IMG/VR virus record: IMGVR_UViG_3300020469_000047
Coordinates: 1 to 63,869 of that record
Strand: one strand, 5' to 3'
DNA: 63,869 bases
Source: a virus
Lineage: Duplodnaviria; Caudoviricetes
This document shows positions 58,951 through 63,869 of this stretch, piece by piece. A program made the position numbers and the translations under genes. Position 1 is the stretch's first letter. Every line of letters starts with the position of its first letter. The notes beneath the pieces are model-generated. The model searched no databases, was not told the origin of the DNA, and saw only the letters and a program-made list of their open reading frames with translations.

Positions 58951-59178
58951 ATGAAAAGTAGAATGATTGAAGCTCTTAAAGCATCTGCTAAAGGAGAAAT
59001 CAAAAAACATTTAGTTAACATTGATGTTTACTTACATAATCCTGTTGGTATTGGTGAGCACTCTAATATTATGGATGCAGTTACAACAGAACTTGATGCC
59101 ATTGCTAAACAAGATGATAGATTAGAAGCACTGGAAAAATATGTAGAAGGTAGAGTAGATAACACTTGCTTTAAATAA
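58951..59178 (+). CDS. Conserved marine phage hypothetical protein
   Basis: N..VYL.NPVGIGEHS.I motif. Confidence 0.85.
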   Translation: MKSRMIEALKASAKGEIKKHLVNIDVYLHNPVGIGEHSNIMDAVTTELDAIAKQDDRLEALEKYVEGRVDNTCFK

Positions 59179-59183
59179 CTCAA

Positions 59184-59384
59184 ATGAACTTAGAAGATCT
59201 ATCACCAGATGAAGACTGGATTGTTCATCTAGATATCGGTATTACCGATGTTAGAGAATTGTATCGTGTAGTATCTTTTGCTCTAGAGAATGGTTATAAA
59301 GAAGAAGATAAAGAATATCTAGAAGCACTGAAAGGACAGTTGTATGCTATGTTATTAGAGTATTCATTTACCCATATAGAATAA
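59184..59384 (+). CDS. Small acidic hypothetical protein
   Basis: 66-aa ORF, TAATG-coupled to the next gene. Confidence 0.75.
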   Translation: MNLEDLSPDEDWIVHLDIGITDVRELYRVVSFALENGYKEEDKEYLEALKGQLYAMLLEYSFTHIE

Positions 59385-59617
59385 TGAATGAGATTACAGT
59401 ATTCGTTTACTTAGTATTCTTTGTTGCATTGTTTGGAATGACGTTTGCATTTATGTTTAAGATGATGGGTTCTGTCTTGTCGGATATAGATAGAAAACCT
59501 GTCAATAGTTATGGTGATGCAATGAGAGCATATAAACCTCATCCAGAAATGAAAGATGTTAAAGATGGAGATGAACTACTAGTATTCAAGTCGTTAGAAG
59601 ACCTTGAAGATAAATAA
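59384..59617 (+). CDS. Small membrane protein, DUF2973-like
   Basis: N-terminal TM helix and HPEM....GDELLV motif. Confidence 0.75.
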   Translation: MNEITVFVYLVFFVALFGMTFAFMFKMMGSVLSDIDRKPVNSYGDAMRAYKPHPEMKDVKDGDELLVFKSLEDLEDK

Positions 59618-59620
59618 GGT

Positions 59621-61270
59621 ATGGCAATTACTGATGTATATCTAGGTAACCCCAACCTTAAGAAGGCGGGTACTCCTATACAGTTTACAAAGAAGCAAGT
59701 TAATGAATGGATCAAATGTAAAAAAGATCCAATATATTTTGCTACTCATTATATAAAAATAATCAACTTAGATGAAGGTCTAGTTCCTTTTGACATGTAT
59801 GATTTTCAGAAAAAAATCTTAGAAGATTTTCATAACAATAGATTTAACATCGCAAAACTACCTCGTCAAACAGGTAAGAGTACTACTGTTGTGGCTTACC
59901 TATTATATTATGCTATCTTTTATGACAGTGTTAACATTGGTATACTCGCTAACAAGGCAAGTACTGCAAGAGAACTACTTGGAAGACTTCAATTAGCATA
60001 TGAGAATCTACCAAAATGGATGCAACATGGAATATTAGTTTGGAACAAAGGTAATGTCGAACTTGAAAACGGATCTAAAATACTCGCTGCTTCTACATCT
60101 GCTAGTGCAGTTAGAGGTATGTCCTTCAACATTCTATTCCTTGACGAGTTTGCATTCGTCCCTAACCATGTCGCAGAGCAATTCTTTGCCTCGGTTTATC
60201 CTACTATTACTTCTGGTAAATCAACTAAAGTCATAATTATATCTACACCCAATGGTATGAACCACTTCTATAAGATGTGGGAAGATGCTAGAAACGATAA
60301 GAATGATTATATAACTAACGAAGTTCATTGGTCTCAGGTACCTGGTAGAGATAAGAAGTGGAAAGATGAGACAATAAAGAACACATCTAAAAGACAATTT
60401 GCACAGGAGTTTGAATGCGACTTCCTAGGATCTGCTGATACACTTATCAGTCCATCTAAATTACAATGCATTCCGTTCAATGACCCAATTAGAAGCAATG
60501 CAGGACTTGATGTTTATGAGAGAGCAGAAGAAGATCACGAATATATTATTACTGTCGATGTTGCCAGAGGAATTGGTGGCGACTATTCTGCTTTCATCGT
60601 GTTTGATATCACCACTCTCCCGTACAAGATCGTTGCGAAGTACAGAAATAATGAGATTAAACCTGTACTGTTTCCCTCGGTCATATTTCAAGTAGCAAAG
60701 GAATATAATAATCCTTATATACTTGTCGAGGTAAACGACGTAGGTGATCTTATAGCAGCAACACTAAACTATGATCTAGAATATCCTAACGTACTCATGT
60801 GTGCCATGAGAGGTAGGGCAGGGCAGATAGTAGGACAAGGATTCTCAGGTAACAAAACACAACTAGGTGTCAAGATGAGTGTAACTGTCAAGAAGATCGG
60901 TTGCTCCAATCTCAAAGCTATTATTGAAGAAGATAAGTTATTGTTTAATGACTTCCAAATCTTTCAAGAGTTAACTACGTTTGTACAAAAGAAACAAGCA
61001 TGGGAAGCAGACGAAGGTTATCATGATGATCTAGTCATGTGTATGGTATTGTTTGCATGGTTAGTCATGCAAGAGTATTTTAAAGAGATGACTGACCAAG
61101 ATATAAGAAGAAGAATATATGAAGAACAGAGAAATCAAATAGAACAAGACATGGCACCATTTGGTTTTATAGATGATGGTATGGGAGATGATACATTTGT
61201 AGATGCTGATGGATCATTCTGGTACGGAGATAAAGAAGAAACGGTTGATTATATGATTCCTGATTTGTAA
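59621..61270 (+). CDS. gp17: Terminase large subunit gp17
   Basis: YLGNPNLK, Walker A PRQTGKST, Walker B LFLDEFAF, STPNG, VDVARG, HDDLVM. Confidence 0.98.
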   Translation: MAITDVYLGNPNLKKAGTPIQFTKKQVNEWIKCKKDPIYFATHYIKIINLDEGLVPFDMYDFQKKILEDFHNNRFNIAKLPRQTGKSTTVVAYLLYYAIFYDSVNIGILANKASTARELLGRLQLAYENLPKWMQHGILVWNKGNVELENGSKILAASTSASAVRGMSFNILFLDEFAFVPNHVAEQFFASVYPTITSGKSTKVIIISTPNGMNHFYKMWEDARNDKNDYITNEVHWSQVPGRDKKWKDETIKNTSKRQFAQEFECDFLGSADTLISPSKLQCIPFNDPIRSNAGLDVYERAEEDHEYIITVDVARGIGGDYSAFIVFDITTLPYKIVAKYRNNEIKPVLFPSVIFQVAKEYNNPYILVEVNDVGDLIAATLNYDLEYPNVLMCAMRGRAGQIVGQGFSGNKTQLGVKMSVTVKKIGCSNLKAIIEEDKLLFNDFQIFQELTTFVQKKQAWEADEGYHDDLVMCMVLFAWLVMQEYFKEMTDQDIRRRIYEEQRNQIEQDMAPFGFIDDGMGDDTFVDADGSFWYGDKEETVDYMIPDL

Positions 61271-61500
61271 TGGATCTTGATAATCAGTTTGAGTTAGAAC
61301 ATTTATTATTCAAAGACAGAGAGTGTAGAACTTGTAATCAAATTAAGAATCTACTAGAAGATTTCTATATGTCGAGGAAACAAAAGAAAGGTTTGCCATC
61401 TGCATATTCTTATGAATGTAAAGAGTGTACGATTAAAAGAATAACAATAAAAAGAAAAAGTAAAAAGAAAATCGTAGAGGGTCAATATCCAGACTGGTAG
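61270..61500 (+). CDS. Small zinc-binding protein
   Basis: RECRTC...K....FY...YSYECKEC. Confidence 0.8.
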   Translation: MDLDNQFELEHLLFKDRECRTCNQIKNLLEDFYMSRKQKKGLPSAYSYECKECTIKRITIKRKSKKKIVEGQYPDW

Positions 61501-61540
61501 AGTGTTCGTGTGTTGTTTCCCCTGTGGAGTGATGGAAATC

Positions 61541-61548
61541 TCTAAATA
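61541..61548 (+). promoter_or_regulatory. Late promoter for gp18
   Basis: TCTAAATA upstream of an AGAGG Shine-Dalgarno and the ATG at 61585. Confidence 0.6.
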
Positions 61549-61584
61549 CTTTTAGATAAATTGATATCTTAGAGGTAAAATTAA

Positions 61585-63498
61585 ATGGCAAGTCAAGTCT
61601 CGCCTGGTGTTGTTATTAGAGAACGTGATCTATCTACTGGTGTTTTGACTGGAGTATCTGGACTACGTGCTGGATTCGCTTCATCATTCCGCAGTGGACC
61701 TGTAGGCAAAATTACAAATATAGGATCTGAAAGAGAATTACTTAATACTTTCGGAGCACCAGCTGAGGCAAACGCTGCAGACTGGTTAGTAGCAGGAGAA
61801 TTTCTCCGTTACGGTGGACAACTAGCAGTTGTTCGTGTAGCAACTGGCGTATTAAACGCAACGTTGGATGGTTCAGCAGTATTAGTCGGATCAAAATCTG
61901 ATTACGATGCTGGTGCTGGTTCATCAGAAAAGTTTATTGCTCGTACTGCTGGTGCAGACGGAAACAATCTTTATGTTGTTGTAGTGGACAAAGGTCCTGA
62001 CTTTACAATCGTAAAAACTGGACACGGTTTAAGTGTTGGTGGTACATACACTGATGACGGTGCTGTTGGACATGAGGTTGTAGAAGTTGTTGACGCAAAC
62101 ACAGTTAGAATTATTCAAGGAACTGCTGCTCCTACTCCAGCATCTGGAGATACATCAACAGCATTCAGTAATTCAATGTGGAACGCAACTACAATTGGAT
62201 CAACTGGTTTAACATATAAAGAAATAGGTCCTAGACCTGGTACTTCAGCATTTGCATCAGAGCGTTATGTTTCATATGACGAAATGCATGTTGCAGTTAT
62301 TGATACTTCAACAAATACAGTTGTTGAGAGAATGACATATCTCTCTAAGATATCTGACGCTAAGTCTGCAGAAGGTTCTTCAATCTACTGGAAAGATTAC
62401 GTCAACGAATTCTCTGGATACATTTACGCTAGTGCATTAACATCTGCTGAGTTTACTACACTAGGATCAGATCCTGGTGCTGCTGTTGCATCTTACGGTG
62501 CTACATCTGCTGCACCTATCTCTATAGCAAGAATTCTTAAGACTGCTGGTGGATCATTATCAGGTGGTACTGATGACTATGCATATACTACAGGAGAAAT
62601 TTCTGCAGCATATACATTATTCCAAGACACAGAAGAAACATCACTTGATTTCGTTCTTATGGGTGGATCAATGGGTTCTGAAGCAGACACTCTAGTAAAA
62701 GCGGGTGCTGTTGCTGCTGTTGCAAACACAAGAAAGGATTGCATCGCATTCATCTCACCGTTTAATGGTAACCAAGTTGCTACATCTGGTGGTTCCGCAC
62801 TGACTCCAGCATTACAATTAGAAAATACTATTGATTACTTCTCTAGTATTGGTTCTAGTTCATACGTTGTTAAGGACAGTGGAATCAAATACACATACGA
62901 TAGATTCAACGACAAGTATCGTTACATCGGTACTAACGGAGACATCGCTGGTCTATGTGTTTCTACTTCTACAATTGGTGACGACTGGATTTCTCCAGCA
63001 GGAACATCAAGAGGTGGATTACAGAATGTAGTTAAACTTGCATTTAATCCTAACAAAGCACAAAGAGATGATCTTTATACTTCAGCAATTAACCCTGTAG
63101 TATCATTTCCTGGTGCAGGTCCTATCTTATTTGGAGATAAGACTGCTCTTGCTTCACCATCTGCATTTGATAGAATCAATGTTAGACGTCTTTTCCTCAA
63201 TATTGAGAAGAGAGCAAGACTACTTGCAGAAGGTGTGTTGTTTGAACAGAACGATACTATTACTCGTTCAAGTTTCAACGCTGCACTTAGTGGATATCTA
63301 AGTGAAATTCAAGCACGTAGAGGAGTAACAGACTACTTAGTTGTTTGTGATGATACAAACAATACTGCTGAAGTTATAGATAGAAATGAGTTTGTCGCAG
63401 AAATATTTGTGAAACCAACTCGTTCTATCAATTATGTAACTGTGACTGTTACAGCAACGAAGACAGGAGTTACATTCTCCGAAGTCGTTGGTAGATAA
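61585..63498 (+). CDS. gp18: Tail sheath protein gp18
   Basis: SPGV..RE.D, W.SPAG..RG, FDRINVRRLF, FEQND, KP.RSIN. Confidence 0.98.
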   Translation: MASQVSPGVVIRERDLSTGVLTGVSGLRAGFASSFRSGPVGKITNIGSERELLNTFGAPAEANAADWLVAGEFLRYGGQLAVVRVATGVLNATLDGSAVLVGSKSDYDAGAGSSEKFIARTAGADGNNLYVVVVDKGPDFTIVKTGHGLSVGGTYTDDGAVGHEVVEVVDANTVRIIQGTAAPTPASGDTSTAFSNSMWNATTIGSTGLTYKEIGPRPGTSAFASERYVSYDEMHVAVIDTSTNTVVERMTYLSKISDAKSAEGSSIYWKDYVNEFSGYIYASALTSAEFTTLGSDPGAAVASYGATSAAPISIARILKTAGGSLSGGTDDYAYTTGEISAAYTLFQDTEETSLDFVLMGGSMGSEADTLVKAGAVAAVANTRKDCIAFISPFNGNQVATSGGSALTPALQLENTIDYFSSIGSSSYVVKDSGIKYTYDRFNDKYRYIGTNGDIAGLCVSTSTIGDDWISPAGTSRGGLQNVVKLAFNPNKAQRDDLYTSAINPVVSFPGAGPILFGDKTALASPSAFDRINVRRLFLNIEKRARLLAEGVLFEQNDTITRSSFNAALSGYLSEIQARRGVTDYLVVCDDTNNTAEVIDRNEFVAEIFVKPTRSINYVTVTVTATKTGVTFSEVVGR

Positions 63499-63519
63499 TT
63501 AAACAAAAGGTAAAAACAA

Positions 63520-63869
63520 ATGGCAACTAACAACGTATCTTCGTTTCTCCAAGTCATTGGTCAAGGCGTCAAGCCTAATATGTTCAATGTGGACATCCAA
63601 TTTCCTTCTGGTTTCAGCGATGCAACAATCAACGATTTAGCAGGAGGAGCATTAGCATCTGAAGGTGCTGGTGCAAATGCAGGAAAAGAATTAACTTCTA
63701 TTCTTTGCAAGTCCGCAGCATTACCAGGATCTAACTTAGGTGTAATCGAAGTTCCTTTCAGAGGTAGAACAGTTAAAATCGCTGGTGATCGTACCTTCGA
63801 TACATGGACTGCTACATTCTTTAACGATAAGAACTTCAAAATCCGTGCTCTATTTGAGTCATGGGCAAA
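63520..63869 (+). CDS. gp19: Tail tube protein gp19 (runs off the window end)
   Basis: MATNNV...KPNMF.V...LCKSAALPGSNLGVIEVPFRGRTVKIAGDRTFDTW. Confidence 0.95.
   Translation, partial: MATNNVSSFLQVIGQGVKPNMFNVDIQFPSGFSDATINDLAGGALASEGAGANAGKELTSILCKSAALPGSNLGVIEVPFRGRTVKIAGDRTFDTWTATFFNDKNFKIRALFESWA

Noticed and set aside
61515-61540. Hairpin TTTCC...GGAAA upstream of gp18
   Set aside because: Short stem, large loop and no T-tract; insufficient for a terminator call
59621-63498. Introns or inteins in gp17/gp18
   Set aside because: Both frames are uninterrupted and of ordinary length, with no splicing motifs
470-63839. Numerous 60-150-aa minus-strand and alternate-frame ORFs in the track
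   Set aside because: They lie within long + strand genes, lack recognisable motifs and are the expected shadows of codon bias in Gly/Thr/Ser/Val-rich genes
1-63869. tRNA, rRNA, CRISPR arrays, IS elements
   Set aside because: Intergenic gaps are almost all under 60 nt; no cloverleaf, repeat-spacer pattern or transposase seen by eye

Overview
A 64-kb, AT-rich segment of a T4-like marine cyanomyovirus (Kyanoviridae; a Prochlorococcus host is an inference) with every credible gene on the + strand. It runs from the end of an early region through the late structural block: PAAR spike, gp25, gp6, a 3655-aa gp7-like wedge protein, gp8, a 2700-aa VrlC/DUF4815-like protein, 1832-aa and 3469-aa fibre proteins, then a fibre-tip/chaperone cassette. 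That cassette is followed by a U32-family Fe-S protein fused to a methyltransferase and seven tandem 2OG-Fe(II) oxygenases, then gp13-gp16, an 11-gene island containing heme oxygenase, gp17, gp18 and a truncated gp19. No tRNA, rRNA, CRISPR, intron or transposon was seen. Best candidate for an undescribed system: four helical domains inside two virion proteins resemble phycobiliprotein (globin-fold) subunits, with cysteines at positions equivalent to the bilin-attachment sites (KCGRDIG vs phycocyanin-alpha KCARDIG, plus a beta-155-like Cys), and ho1 sits behind a perfect late promoter, suggesting a bilin-carrying and possibly light-responsive virion. Also notable: cupredoxin-like copper-site motifs in virion proteins, Russian-doll nested domain insertions, and a late-expressed hydroxylase/methyltransferase cluster. 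All family assignments are by-eye motif recognition; no searches were run.
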